From NCBI GenBank assembly GCA_965208835.1, contig OZ242358.1:1376001-1440000 (forward strand): a stretch of 64,000 nt of DNA. Reading direction: 5' to 3'. A program made the translations under genes and the position numbers. Below, piece by piece: positions 18,900-28,894 of this stretch (position 1 is the stretch's first letter; each line of letters starts with the position of its first letter). The notes beneath the pieces were generated by a model that made no database searches, was not told the origin of the DNA, and saw only the letters and a list, made by a program, of their open reading frames with translations. Source of the stretch: Candidatus Latescibacterota bacterium. GTDB lineage: Bacteria; Latescibacterota; UBA2968; GCA-2709665.

Positions 18900-20333
18900 A
18901 TGAACGACGGTGAAACCGGGATTCGGCTGGAGGTGGCGGGTGAGGCGTCGTCGCCGACGGGTCAATCGTCAGACATCCGGGATATCGACAATAGCCTCGC
19001 CGCAATCCACGAACTGTTCGCGGATGAAGCGTCGCTGCAGGCGGACACCCTTGCGCGGTACGGGCGGGCCTGGACGCGCAGCCATCTGCAGGATGGCGAT
19101 CTCCGACGGACGCTGGACCTCGCGAATCGCGCACGCGCCGAGTTTGCTGCGCTCGTAACGGTCGGCATCGGGGGGTCCGATCTGAGCGCGAGGGTCTTTC
19201 ACGACGTGCTCAATCCCGCTTACCACAACCTCCTGCCGGCGGACGGGCGGGGCGGAGCGCCGGAAGTCTATTTCACGGGGGATACGTTCGACCCGCGCCG
19301 GCTGGGCGAACTGCTGGACATGCTGACCCGGCGCGGGATGCTGGGCCGGACTCTGTTCAACGTAATCAGCAAATCCGGGCGCACGGGCGAGACCATCGGT
19401 GCGTTGATGGTGGTGCGGGACCGGCTTTCACGTCAGGCTGTGAAGGACTGGAATAGCCACATTGTAGCTACAACCGGTCCGTACGGCGGGAACCCGCTGT
19501 TTGAAATGCACCGGAAGCGTCCGTTCTTCGGTGAGTCGCTGCTGCCGGTGCCGGAGGGCGTGGGAGGCAGGTTTTCGGCATTTTCACCCGTGGGGACGTT
19601 CTTTCTGGCGATGACAGCCGGAACGGGGATGTCCCCCGGTTCACGTGTACGGGGGATGCTCGAGGGGGTGCGGTGGGCGGAGGCGCGCTGGCGCCTGCCC
19701 TGGCCGGACGAGCGAAACATCGCCTGCCGCCTCGCCAGGTGGCTGCATCTCCATGAACGGTACGGCCGGAAACAGGCGCTGGTTTTCTACAATTACGCGG
19801 ACAACCGGCGTCCGGGAGACTGGTTCCAGCAGCTATACGACGAGTCGCTGCAGGAGAGGGGAGGCGGCCTCCACGTCGTTCCTGCCGTTGGACCGGCGGG
19901 AAACCATTCCGTCCTGAACGGAATCGTCGCCGGACGTGCGGACAGGGTGGTTCTTTTCGTACACTGGGAGGACCTGGGCCGGGACCTGCGGATTCCGGAC
20001 GGTACGGAGATCGGGGGCGAGATGGCGGCGTTCGGCGGGCTGCGTATGAGCGGGGCGCAGTCGGCTTCGTACCTTGGCACCGCCCGGGACTTTTCCGCGC
20101 GCGGGATTCCGAACGCGACGCTGCATGTGGCCAGGCGGGACGAGAGGCACCTTGGCGCATTGATGCGGGTACTGATGGATACCGTTGCGGTGAAGGGAAG
20201 ACTGCAAGGCCAGCACGTGAACGACGCGGGGGAGGCGGACCCGGCCGCCGATCTCACCTACTCACAGGACGGGGTAGAGGGCTACAAAGAGCGAACGCGC
20301 GATCTGGCGGCTCAGATAAAATCGGAACGCTGA
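18900..20333 (+). CDS. pgi: Glucose-6-phosphate isomerase family protein (divergent)
   Basis: GIGGS, ISKSGRTGET, VGGRFS, QQLYDES, NHS, QDGVEGYK. Confidence 0.8.
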   Translation: MNDGETGIRLEVAGEASSPTGQSSDIRDIDNSLAAIHELFADEASLQADTLARYGRAWTRSHLQDGDLRRTLDLANRARAEFAALVTVGIGGSDLSARVFHDVLNPAYHNLLPADGRGGAPEVYFTGDTFDPRRLGELLDMLTRRGMLGRTLFNVISKSGRTGETIGALMVVRDRLSRQAVKDWNSHIVATTGPYGGNPLFEMHRKRPFFGESLLPVPEGVGGRFSAFSPVGTFFLAMTAGTGMSPGSRVRGMLEGVRWAEARWRLPWPDERNIACRLARWLHLHERYGRKQALVFYNYADNRRPGDWFQQLYDESLQERGGGLHVVPAVGPAGNHSVLNGIVAGRADRVVLFVHWEDLGRDLRIPDGTEIGGEMAAFGGLRMSGAQSASYLGTARDFSARGIPNATLHVARRDERHLGALMRVLMDTVAVKGRLQGQHVNDAGEADPAADLTYSQDGVEGYKERTRDLAAQIKSER

Positions 20334-20479
20334 CCAGGCGACGTGGCGCGTAGCTGGATGAATCGGCGACCCGATGGCGAGGTATTTTCGGGAAAGAACA
20401 CTTCCTGTTGTGCCGCCCTTTTGTTGTGATTATCTTGACCGCCGCCGCGGTTTTTCCATAGGTGAAAAGGAGCATAACG

Positions 20480-22672
20480 ATGGCTGTTGAAATTGGCGGT
20501 TTAAGGGTAAGCGAGGTCCTGTACAATTTGGTCAGAGACGAGATCGCACCGGGTACGGATGTCCACCCGGATGCATTCTGGACTGCGCTCGGAGAGATCG
20601 TCCAGGACCTGGGCGCCCGGAACCGGGAGTTGCTGGAAGATCGGGACCGCATTCAGAAGAAGATGGACCGGTGGTACCTGGAGAGGAAGGGACGGCCGAT
20701 AGACCGGGCGGAGTACCGGAACTTTCTGGCCGAAATCGGCTACCTGGCGCCGGAGGGAGACCACTTTGAGCTGACCACCGCCCGCGTGGACCCCGAAATC
20801 GCAACGGTGGCCGGCCCCCAGCTGGTGGTCCCCGTGGACAATGCCAGGTATGCGCTCAATGCGGCCAACGCGCGCTGGGGCAGTCTTTACGACGCCCTTT
20901 ACGGAACGAACGTCATTCCGGAGGAACCCGGCGCCGAAAGGGAAGAGGCCTACAATCCGGTCCGCGGCGCGAAGGTGATCGACGCGGCCGAGGCGTTTCT
21001 GGACGACGTTGCGGGTCTGGCATCCGGCCGATACTCGGAGGTCACGCGCTTTGCGGTTGAGGAAGAGGACGGCGTCGGCCGACTCATTGCGACGCTTCGG
21101 GTCGGCGGCGAGGTCGGCCTGGCGGACCCCGATCAGTTCCGCGGATATCGGAGAGATGAGGGCGAACTCTCCGCGGTATTGCTGGTGAACAACGGTCTTC
21201 ACATCGAAATCCGAATCGACCGCGGTCATCCGGTGGGCGCCGCGCATCCGGCGGGGGTCAAGGACGTTCTTCTGGAGGCGGCGGTGACGACCATCCAGGA
21301 TTGCGAGGATTCGGTGTCTGCCGTTGACGCCGAAGACAAGGCACGGGTATACGGGAACTGGAACGGCATTATGCGCGGCACGCTGGAGACGACCTTCGAA
21401 AAGGGCGGCCGGCCGATGACGCGGCGGCTGAGTCCGGACCGGGAGTTTACGGCGCCGGATGGAGGGAAACTCAACCTGCCGGGACGCAGCCTCCTGCTGG
21501 TACGGAACGTCGGCATCCATATGTACACCGATAGCGTTACAACCAGCGACGGTGCGGAAATCCCGGAGGGTTTCCTGGATGCAATGGTGACCGCGCTTGC
21601 GGCCAAACACGATCTGATTCGACACGGGGAATTCGTCAACAGCGCATCGGGCAGCATCTACGTCGTGAAACCCAAGCTGCACGGCCCCGCGGAGGTCGCT
21701 GCCACGATCGACCTGTTCGAACGGGTGGAAGCGGCGCTGGGTCTGGAGCGGAATACGATCAAGGTCGGCATTATGGACGAAGAGCGACGGACCACGGTGA
21801 ATCTGAAGGCGGCGATCCGGGAGGCCAGGGATCGGGTTGTGTTCATCAATACGGGTTTTCTGGACCGTACCGGAGACGAGATTCATACGAGCATGGAGGC
21901 CGGTCCGATGCATCCGAAGGCGGACATCAGGGCGCAACCCTGGCTCGCGGCGTACGAGGACTGGAACGTGGACGTGGGGGTGGAGACCGGTTTCAGCGGT
22001 CGGGGTCAGATCGGGAAAGGGATGTGGACCATGCCGGACGAGATGCGGGATATGGTGGAGACCAAAATCGGACATCCGGAAGCCGGCGCGAGTACGGCAT
22101 GGGTACCGTCCCCCACGGCGGCGGTTCTGCACGCCATGCACTATCACCGGGTGGACGTGGCGGCAAGGCAGGCGGAGCTTGCCAGGCGGGAACGGGCGAG
22201 CCTGGACGAAATCCTGACGCCGCCGATGTTGGACCGGGACCTGACGGAGGACGAGATCCAGCGGGAGCTGGACAACAATGCCCAGGGTATTCTGGGATAC
22301 GTCGTGCGGTGGGTGGACCAGGGCGTGGGTTGCTCGAAGGTGCCCGATATCAACAACGTGGGACTGATGGAAGACCGGGCAACGCTGCGGATTTCCAGCC
22401 AGCACATCGCCAACTGGCTGCATCACGGAATCGTGAGCCAGGCACAGGTGCGTTCCACATTCGAAAAGATGGCGGTATTGGTGGACGAGCAGAACAGCGG
22501 AGACCCGGATTATCGGAATATGGCGCCGCACTTCGCGAATAGCGTCGCGTTCCAGGCCGCGCTGGAGCTGGTTTTCGAGGGCGTGGCGGAACCGAACGGC
22601 TACACCGAACGGGTGCTGCACCAGCGGCGGCGGGAAGTGAAAAAACGGGTAGACGCAAGACGTGAGACGTGA
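20480..22672 (+). CDS. glcB: Malate synthase G
   Basis: [77 protein letters not shown]. Confidence 0.98.
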   Translation: MAVEIGGLRVSEVLYNLVRDEIAPGTDVHPDAFWTALGEIVQDLGARNRELLEDRDRIQKKMDRWYLERKGRPIDRAEYRNFLAEIGYLAPEGDHFELTTARVDPEIATVAGPQLVVPVDNARYALNAANARWGSLYDALYGTNVIPEEPGAEREEAYNPVRGAKVIDAAEAFLDDVAGLASGRYSEVTRFAVEEEDGVGRLIATLRVGGEVGLADPDQFRGYRRDEGELSAVLLVNNGLHIEIRIDRGHPVGAAHPAGVKDVLLEAAVTTIQDCEDSVSAVDAEDKARVYGNWNGIMRGTLETTFEKGGRPMTRRLSPDREFTAPDGGKLNLPGRSLLLVRNVGIHMYTDSVTTSDGAEIPEGFLDAMVTALAAKHDLIRHGEFVNSASGSIYVVKPKLHGPAEVAATIDLFERVEAALGLERNTIKVGIMDEERRTTVNLKAAIREARDRVVFINTGFLDRTGDEIHTSMEAGPMHPKADIRAQPWLAAYEDWNVDVGVETGFSGRGQIGKGMWTMPDEMRDMVETKIGHPEAGASTAWVPSPTAAVLHAMHYHRVDVAARQAELARRERASLDEILTPPMLDRDLTEDEIQRELDNNAQGILGYVVRWVDQGVGCSKVPDINNVGLMEDRATLRISSQHIANWLHHGIVSQAQVRSTFEKMAVLVDEQNSGDPDYRNMAPHFANSVAFQAALELVFEGVAEPNGYTERVLHQRRREVKKRVDARRET

Positions 22673-22856
22673 GAGTACGACACCCCACCCCACCACCTGG
22701 TGAGAAGGAAGACGGGAGAGGGGAGAGATTGCCTGCCTTGTCAGGATTCTTTTCATGCATAAGGCAAGGAGGGAAGACATATCAGGTAAAGGCTTCTTCT
22801 TCCGTCTCACCTCTACCGTCTCCCCGCATTTCTTCTACCGTCTAACGTCTCACCGC
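22646..22856 (+). repeat. Dispersed repeat family A, copy 4 (overlaps glcB 3' end)
   Basis: Heptamer arms plus core GAGATTGCCTGCCTTGTCAGGATTCTTTTCATGCATAAGGCAAGG. Confidence 0.88.
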
Positions 22857-22869
22857 TTCATGTTGTTCA

Positions 22870-22897
22870 TTGACTTTTACCCAGCGAGTATTAACTT
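22870..22897 (+). promoter_or_regulatory. Possible sigma70 promoter for the XDH-family operon
   Basis: TTGACT-16 nt-TAACTT about 60 nt before ATG 22958. Confidence 0.4.
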
Positions 22898-22957
22898 TTG
22901 ATATTGGATTCCTGATACCTTGTCAAATTGCGACATTCGAGAAGGAGGAGGCAGGAG

Positions 22958-25150
22958 ATGCAGGCCCCAAGCGAGTTGAAATCCGTAGGGCAGCGGGTGG
23001 CCAGGCTGAACGGGCCGGATATCGTGACGGGCCGGATTCAGTACGCCGACGATATCCAGCTACCCGGTATGCTGTACGGCCGCATTCTGCGCAGCCCGCA
23101 CGGCCACGCGCGCATTCGGAAAATCGATACCTCCAGAGCCAAAAAGCTGCCCGGGGTGGTGGACGTGGTGTGCGGCCTGGACGTGCCCGACCTGTCAATT
23201 TTCGAGTGCAAAGAGGTCTGCTACCAGGGTCAGAAGGTGGCGGCGGTGGCTGCCGTGGATCCGGATATCGCAGAGGACGCGCTCGCATTGATCGAGGTGG
23301 ATTATGATGTACTGCCCGCGGTCGTGGATCCCGTGCACGCCATGGAACCCGACGCTCCCGAGGCCGTGCTGGGGGCGCCGACGGAGGACGTAAAGGCTCC
23401 GGATGGACGCAGATTGCGGAACGTGACGGCCTACAACGTCCTGGAGGAGGGGGACGTTGAGCGGGGCTTCGCGGACGCAGACGCAGTCGTCGAGGCGGAA
23501 TATCAGGTTCCGTTCTTCAACCAGACTTACATGGAGCCGAACGCCGCCACGGCGCGCCTGGAGGCGGACGGAAGGCTTACGGTTTGGGCAGCGGGGCAGG
23601 GCACGTTCACCAAACGCGAAGGTCTCGCGGAAGCATTGAACATCCCCGAGGGGCGCATACGCGTGATCATGACTGAAACCGGAGGCAGCTTCGGGGGAAA
23701 GAATCGCATAAATATCGAAGCGCACACCGCACTGCTGGCCATGCGAACGGGCCGCCCCGTGAGGCTGACGATAAACCGCGGGGAGGATTTTCGCGACAGC
23801 CGCCCGGGCCCGGGTTGCTGGGTGCGGTTGAAAACAGGCGCGCGCAAGGACGGGACCGTAACGGCCGTAGAGGGGCGAATTGTGTGGGACGGCGGCGTGA
23901 TGGGCAGCGGAGGCGCCGCGAACCGTCTGCTGGGACCCTACAGGATTCCGAATTTCAGGCTGGAAGGCATGGCCGTGCGAACGAACAAACCGGGCCCGGG
24001 CGCGTATCGGGCGCCCGGTGGACCGCAGACGGCGCTTGCCAGGGAGTCCAACCTGGACATGGTGGCCCACAAGCTGGGGATCGACCCGCTGGAGTTCCGC
24101 TTGAAGAACGGGCTCGGCAAGGGCGATCAGCCGCTCATACAGCACGACTGGCTGAAAGACACCATACGAAAAACCGCGGAGACCGCGGGATGGGGCCGTC
24201 GCGAACTGAAACCCAACCAGGGCATGGGAATCGCGGTGGGGGATTGGCACAACGCATCCGGGCCGACCAACGCGTTCGTTACGATGTCTGCGGATGGATC
24301 GGTGGCCCTCGTGACCGGACAGGTCGACATTACAGGTCTGCATACGGTGATGGCACAGGTTGTGGCCGAGGAAATGGGGGTACCCGTCGAGATGGTGACG
24401 GTCCGGCTGGGAGATACGGACACGGTCCCCTACGCGTCATTGAGCGCCGGAAGCAAAGCGGCCTATTCCGCCGGCACCGCCGCGCGGGAGGCTGGACGCG
24501 AGGCGAGAGAGCAGTTGTTGCGCCTGGCAGCCGAAAGGCTCGAGGCCGCCGTGGACGACCTGGTCATCACGAACCAGAGGGTGCATATCGTGGGTTCGCC
24601 TGACCACGCCATCGGCCTTGGCGAACTGGCCGCCGAAGCGATCGAGTCCAGCGGCGCCGTCAACGGCCGGTGCGTGCTGAGCAGCGTTCCCACCTACCCC
24701 TCCTATTCGGTTAACGTCGCCACCGTCGAGGTGGACTCCGGTACGGGGCAGGTGCGGCTCCTCGATCTCGTGGCCGGGCAGGACGTGGGCCGAGCGCTCA
24801 ATCCCCTGCTCGTGGAGGGTCAGATGCAGGGCGGCGCCATACAATCCATCGGTTTCGGACTCATGGAGGGATACCGGTACGACGAGAAGGGTCGGATGCT
24901 GAATCCCAATCTGCTGGACTACGCGATCCCGACCGCGCTGGACGTGCCGAACATCCAGACGGTTATGGTCGAGGACCCCTGCGAACACGGACCCTATGGA
25001 GGCAAGGGCGTGGGTGAACCGCCCATCATTCCCGGTGGCGCCGCGGTTGCAAACGCGATCTACGACGCGGTTGGCGCCAGGGTCCGTGAGCTGCCCATGA
25101 CACCGGAGCGCGTGGTGGCGGCGTTGCAGGAAGCCGGCAAAGGAGGTTGA
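22958..25150 (+). CDS. Xanthine dehydrogenase family molybdopterin-binding subunit
   Basis: LRSPHGHARI, GGSFGGK, GAYRAPG, VEGQMQGG, KGVGEP. Confidence 0.95.
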   Translation: MQAPSELKSVGQRVARLNGPDIVTGRIQYADDIQLPGMLYGRILRSPHGHARIRKIDTSRAKKLPGVVDVVCGLDVPDLSIFECKEVCYQGQKVAAVAAVDPDIAEDALALIEVDYDVLPAVVDPVHAMEPDAPEAVLGAPTEDVKAPDGRRLRNVTAYNVLEEGDVERGFADADAVVEAEYQVPFFNQTYMEPNAATARLEADGRLTVWAAGQGTFTKREGLAEALNIPEGRIRVIMTETGGSFGGKNRINIEAHTALLAMRTGRPVRLTINRGEDFRDSRPGPGCWVRLKTGARKDGTVTAVEGRIVWDGGVMGSGGAANRLLGPYRIPNFRLEGMAVRTNKPGPGAYRAPGGPQTALARESNLDMVAHKLGIDPLEFRLKNGLGKGDQPLIQHDWLKDTIRKTAETAGWGRRELKPNQGMGIAVGDWHNASGPTNAFVTMSADGSVALVTGQVDITGLHTVMAQVVAEEMGVPVEMVTVRLGDTDTVPYASLSAGSKAAYSAGTAAREAGREAREQLLRLAAERLEAAVDDLVITNQRVHIVGSPDHAIGLGELAAEAIESSGAVNGRCVLSSVPTYPSYSVNVATVEVDSGTGQVRLLDLVAGQDVGRALNPLLVEGQMQGGAIQSIGFGLMEGYRYDEKGRMLNPNLLDYAIPTALDVPNIQTVMVEDPCEHGPYGGKGVGEPPIIPGGAAVANAIYDAVGARVRELPMTPERVVAALQEAGKGG

Positions 25151-25154
25151 AGTT

Positions 25155-26051
25155 GTGAATCGCTTCGAATATTTCGCGCCTGAAACGGTTCGGGAGGCTG
25201 CGGAGGTGCTGCAGGCCCATCCCGGTGCGAGGGTGCTGGCCGGGGGGACCGACCTGCTCGTGCAGATGAAGGAACGGGCGCGGACCCCCGATACGCTGGT
25301 GGACGTCAGGAGGATTCCGGGCGTGGACGAGCTCCGTTTCGACCGGAAGACCGGGCTGACGATCGGGGCGGCCGTGACCATGCGTCAGGTGGAACTCATG
25401 CCGGCCGCGCAGTTGCACTACACCGGACTCGCCGAGGGCGCCCGCGTGGTGGGTTCCTTTCAGATCAGGAATCTCGCCACGATCGTGGGAAATATCTGCA
25501 ATGCGGCGCCTTCCGCGGATGCGGCGCCGGGGTTGATCGTGCATGGCGCGAAGGTGAAAATCGCCGGACCGAAAGGACGTCGGACGATGCTCGTGGAAAA
25601 ATTCATGGCCGGCCCCGGCCGGACCACACTTGGCACGGGCGAGTTCGTGGTTGGCATTCACGTTCCTGTTCCGCCTCCTCGAACCGGATCCGCCTATGTT
25701 CGACATACGCCCCGTGGCGCCATGGATATCGCGATGGTGGGTGTGGGCACGGCCGTGACGCTGGCGCCTCGTACTCGCGACTGCCAGGAGGCGCGCATTG
25801 TGCTGGGCGCGGTGGCGCCCACGCCGCTTCGGGCGAAGGCCGCCGAGCGAATGCTGAAGGGACAGCGCCTGACCGGGGAGCTGATCGAGAGGGCGGCAGA
25901 GACAGCGGCCGAGGAAGCCCGGCCGATCAGCGACGTTCGGGGCTCCGCGGACTTCAGGCGCGAGATGGTGCGCGTGCTGACGGGGCGGATGGTGAACTCG
26001 GCGTTCGGGAACGCGCAGGAACGGTCGGGCGACAAAAGGAGGGCGGCGTGA
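25155..26051 (+). CDS. Xanthine dehydrogenase family FAD-binding subunit
   Basis: LAGGTDL, QIRNLATIVGNICNAAPSAD, PISDVRGSADFR; GTG start after AAGGAGG. Confidence 0.95.
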   Translation: MNRFEYFAPETVREAAEVLQAHPGARVLAGGTDLLVQMKERARTPDTLVDVRRIPGVDELRFDRKTGLTIGAAVTMRQVELMPAAQLHYTGLAEGARVVGSFQIRNLATIVGNICNAAPSADAAPGLIVHGAKVKIAGPKGRRTMLVEKFMAGPGRTTLGTGEFVVGIHVPVPPPRTGSAYVRHTPRGAMDIAMVGVGTAVTLAPRTRDCQEARIVLGAVAPTPLRAKAAERMLKGQRLTGELIERAAETAAEEARPISDVRGSADFRREMVRVLTGRMVNSAFGNAQERSGDKRRAA

Positions 26052-26545
26052 ACCACCAGATCGAATTGAACGTCAACAATACCATTTATGACCTTTCCCT
26101 GGAGCCGCGCAAGACCCTGCTGGCGGTCCTGAGGGATCGCCTCGGACTGACCGGCACCAAAGAGGGGTGCTCGACCGGCGACTGCGGCGCATGTACGGTG
26201 CTGCTCGACGGCGAGCCCGTCACGTCCTGCCTGGTGCTTGCCGTTGCCGCCGAGGGGCGCGAAGTGACGACGGTGGAGGGCGTCGCGGACGTTGACGCCC
26301 TGCATCCCGTCCAGGAGGCGATGGTAAATATGGGTGGGCTGCAGTGCGGTTTCTGCACGCCCGGGTTCATCGTCTCGTCCTACGGGCTTCTACAGAAGAA
26401 TGCCGCGCCTTCGGAGGAGGATATCCGGCGCGCGCTGGCCGGCAATCTTTGTCGCTGCACGGGGTACACCAAGATCGTGGAGGCCGTGCAGGAGGCCGCG
26501 AAGCGAATGGCCGGCAGGAAGGGCGGGAAACGGGCAGCTGCGTAA
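26048..26545 (+). CDS. Xanthine dehydrogenase family [2Fe-2S] subunit
   Basis: GTKEGCSTGDCGACTV, QCGFCTPG, GNLCRCTGY; 4-nt overlap with the upstream gene. Confidence 0.96.
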   Translation: MNHQIELNVNNTIYDLSLEPRKTLLAVLRDRLGLTGTKEGCSTGDCGACTVLLDGEPVTSCLVLAVAAEGREVTTVEGVADVDALHPVQEAMVNMGGLQCGFCTPGFIVSSYGLLQKNAAPSEEDIRRALAGNLCRCTGYTKIVEAVQEAAKRMAGRKGGKRAAA

Positions 26546-26731
26546 ACGGACGGATCATCCACGACGATTCAGTTTCCGCCGAGCACGCCGTGTCGAATGA
26601 CGCGGCGTTGTTCGATTTTGGGCGGAGAACGGAGTGCGCGACATCTCCGAAAGATATCCAGTTCCCCGAAGGAAAAAAGCGTTCGAATCGGCTATCTCAG
26701 GCTGAATCGCAACAGGAGGGTTGGAGGGTCT

Positions 26732-27742
26732 ATGGCGAGGTTCAAGGCGGGAATCATCGGATGCGGGGGCAGGGGCCGCGGGCATGCGCAGGGGTATGCC
26801 GCATCACCCGAAGTCGAAATCGTGGCGTGCGCGGATCCGATGGAGGAGGCAAGGACGAACCTGGCGGAGCAGTTCGACGTTTCGCGGACGTACGGGGACT
26901 ACCGGGAGATGCTGGCAAGGGAAAGCCTCGATTTCGTCAGCGTGTGTACCTGGATCGGGATGCATCGGGAGATGGTCGTGGCGGCGGCCGAGAGCGGCGC
27001 ACGGGCGATTCACGCGGAGAAGCCGATGGCCCCCACGTGGGGCGATGCAAAAGCAATGTACCGGGCGTGCGTCGACCGCGACGTTACCGTAACATTCTGT
27101 CACCAGAGGCGATTCGAGGAATCTTTCAGGAAGGCAAGATCCCTCGTTCGTGAGGGAGCGATCGGCCGGCTGGTGCGGGTGGAAGGCGCGTGCCCCAATC
27201 TGCTCGACTGGGGCACGCACTGGTTCGATATGTTTTTCTTCTACAATGAAGACGCGCCCGCCGAGTGGGTACTCGGGCAGATTGACGCGTCGGAGAAGCG
27301 GGAGATCTTCGGTGTTGAGGTGGAGGCGGGCGGTATTTCGTGGGTTCGCTGGCGGAACGGGCTGGAAGGATTGCTCGCAACCGGCGACGCGGCCCTGAAG
27401 GGCGCAGCGAACCGGCTGATCGGCACGGACGGAATCATCGAGGTGATTGGCGGCCGCGACGGACCGCCGATCCGGATCATGCGCTCCGGCTCGGACTGGG
27501 AAGTCCCGGAGCTGCCGGGACCCCAGGTGAATCCAACCGTACTCTCGGTGCTGGATCTCATCGATTGCGTCAAGACGGGGCGCGAACCGGTGTTGAGCGG
27601 CCGGAAAGCGTTGCAGGCCACGGAACTGATCTTTGCGACCTATGAGTCCAGCCGTCGCCGAGGGAAGGTGGACCTGCCCCTGGATGTCGACGACTCGGCG
27701 CTGTTGACAATGCTGAAAGACGGGACGATCGGACCTGATTGA
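26732..27742 (+). CDS. Gfo/Idh/MocA family oxidoreductase
   Basis: GIIGCGGRG, AEKPM, HQRRF, DWGTHWFD. Confidence 0.92.
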   Translation: MARFKAGIIGCGGRGRGHAQGYAASPEVEIVACADPMEEARTNLAEQFDVSRTYGDYREMLARESLDFVSVCTWIGMHREMVVAAAESGARAIHAEKPMAPTWGDAKAMYRACVDRDVTVTFCHQRRFEESFRKARSLVREGAIGRLVRVEGACPNLLDWGTHWFDMFFFYNEDAPAEWVLGQIDASEKREIFGVEVEAGGISWVRWRNGLEGLLATGDAALKGAANRLIGTDGIIEVIGGRDGPPIRIMRSGSDWEVPELPGPQVNPTVLSVLDLIDCVKTGREPVLSGRKALQATELIFATYESSRRRGKVDLPLDVDDSALLTMLKDGTIGPD

Positions 27743-27979
27743 AGCTTCTATCCCATTGGGAGTCGGTTCGGCTATCGGGGTCTGATTCAGCCTGGTCGCC
27801 GCGATCAATCCGCCTATGTTCATCTCGCTCGCCGTCCAAAGGTTAGCATGGCGGAACGCGGCCGGTACACGGTTCGTTTCATGCCCGGTATCTGCAAGGA
27901 TTCCATGCGAATTGAACACCATCGTCTGGCGGAGACGGCTTATCTCCGCGAGACTTCCAATGCTTAACCTCAATTCGAC

Positions 27980-28196
27980 AAAAGACAAAAGTCAAATTGG
28001 CCACAAAAAGCCTGAATGCGGGTAGAGGGTAGAGGGAAGACGGTAGATGAAATGCGGGGAGACGGTAGAGGTGAGACGGGAGAAGAAACCACGCCAGGTA
28101 TGTTCATCCTCCTTGCCTTCGGCACGAGAAGAACCCTTACAAGGCAGGTAATCTCTACCCTCTCCCGTCTTACGTCTCACCCGGTGGTCGGGCGGC
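27980..28196 (-). repeat. Dispersed repeat family A, copy 5
   Basis: Reverse complement core GAGATTACCTGCCTTGTAAGGGTTCTTCTCGTGCCGAAGGCAAGG; same flanks as copy 3. Confidence 0.88.
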
Positions 28197-28216
28197 CGGG
28201 GGGAGGGGTTCCGAAC

Positions 28217-28320
28217 ACGTCCAGAGACCCGGTGTATCCTGGTAATCCGCCTTCTAATCGCCCTTATTAAATGGCACATATTCGAATTAACGTCCACGAA
28301 GACTTACGAATCAAGGTTAA
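28217..28320 (+). repeat. Repeat family C, single copy
   Basis: ACGTCCAG..ACCYGGTGTATCCTGGTAATC..TAATCGCC..GCACATATTCGAATTAACGTCC.CGAAGACTTACGAATCAAGGTTA also occurs within 36739-37036. Confidence 0.88.
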
Positions 28321-28351
28321 CTCGTGCAGCCCGTCATCGAACGGAGGTCAT

Positions 28352-28714
28352 GTGCAAAGCGTTCAGGGATTCGGCGGTTTCTTCTTTCGGGCAAAGGACC
28401 CGGAAGGACTTGCGAAGTGGTATCACGAACACCTGGGCATCAATCCCGCTCCGACGAACATGGAGATGGCGCCCTGGGTGACCGGTTCCGGGGTCACGGT
28501 TTTCTCACCCTTCGATGCCGATACGGACTATTTTGCAGCGGACAAGACCTTCATGCTGAATTTCCGCGTGGCCGATCTGGACGCGATGATCACGCAGCTG
28601 AAGTCAGCGGATATCGAGGTCAGTCACGAAAGCGAAATGGAGGACATCGGCCGTTTCGCCCGCATCCACGACCCCGAAGGAAACGCGATCGAACTCTGGG
28701 AACCCGCGTCGTAG
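28352..28714 (+). CDS. VOC/glyoxalase family protein
   Basis: GGFFFRAKDPEGLAKWY, MLNFRVADLD, DPEGNAIELWEP; GGAGG RBS before GTG. Confidence 0.92.
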   Translation: MQSVQGFGGFFFRAKDPEGLAKWYHEHLGINPAPTNMEMAPWVTGSGVTVFSPFDADTDYFAADKTFMLNFRVADLDAMITQLKSADIEVSHESEMEDIGRFARIHDPEGNAIELWEPAS

Positions 28715-28894
28715 GATTCGTACTTGTGCTAGCGAACGAGACGGGATAACGCGGGTCGATATCAGGCTGATAATCGACATTACACGTTCATTTATCGAGC
28801 GCAGGTAGCGCAACAACGTCGACGTGCAGCAAAAAGCCCTGGACATTGCCCGGGCTTCGCCGTTCCGATCAACTTCATTTCGCAGTAGCGTCAT

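Noticed and set aside
20501-22810. 769-aa ORF antisense to glcB (likewise 14729-16153, 26804-27988 and many others)
   Set aside because: Shadow ORFs expected from GC-rich codon bias; no motifs, and they overlap clear genes.
22958-25150. Aerobic CO dehydrogenase CoxL
   Set aside because: Lacks the AYxCSFR loop (has AYRAPG), and no cox accessory genes are present.
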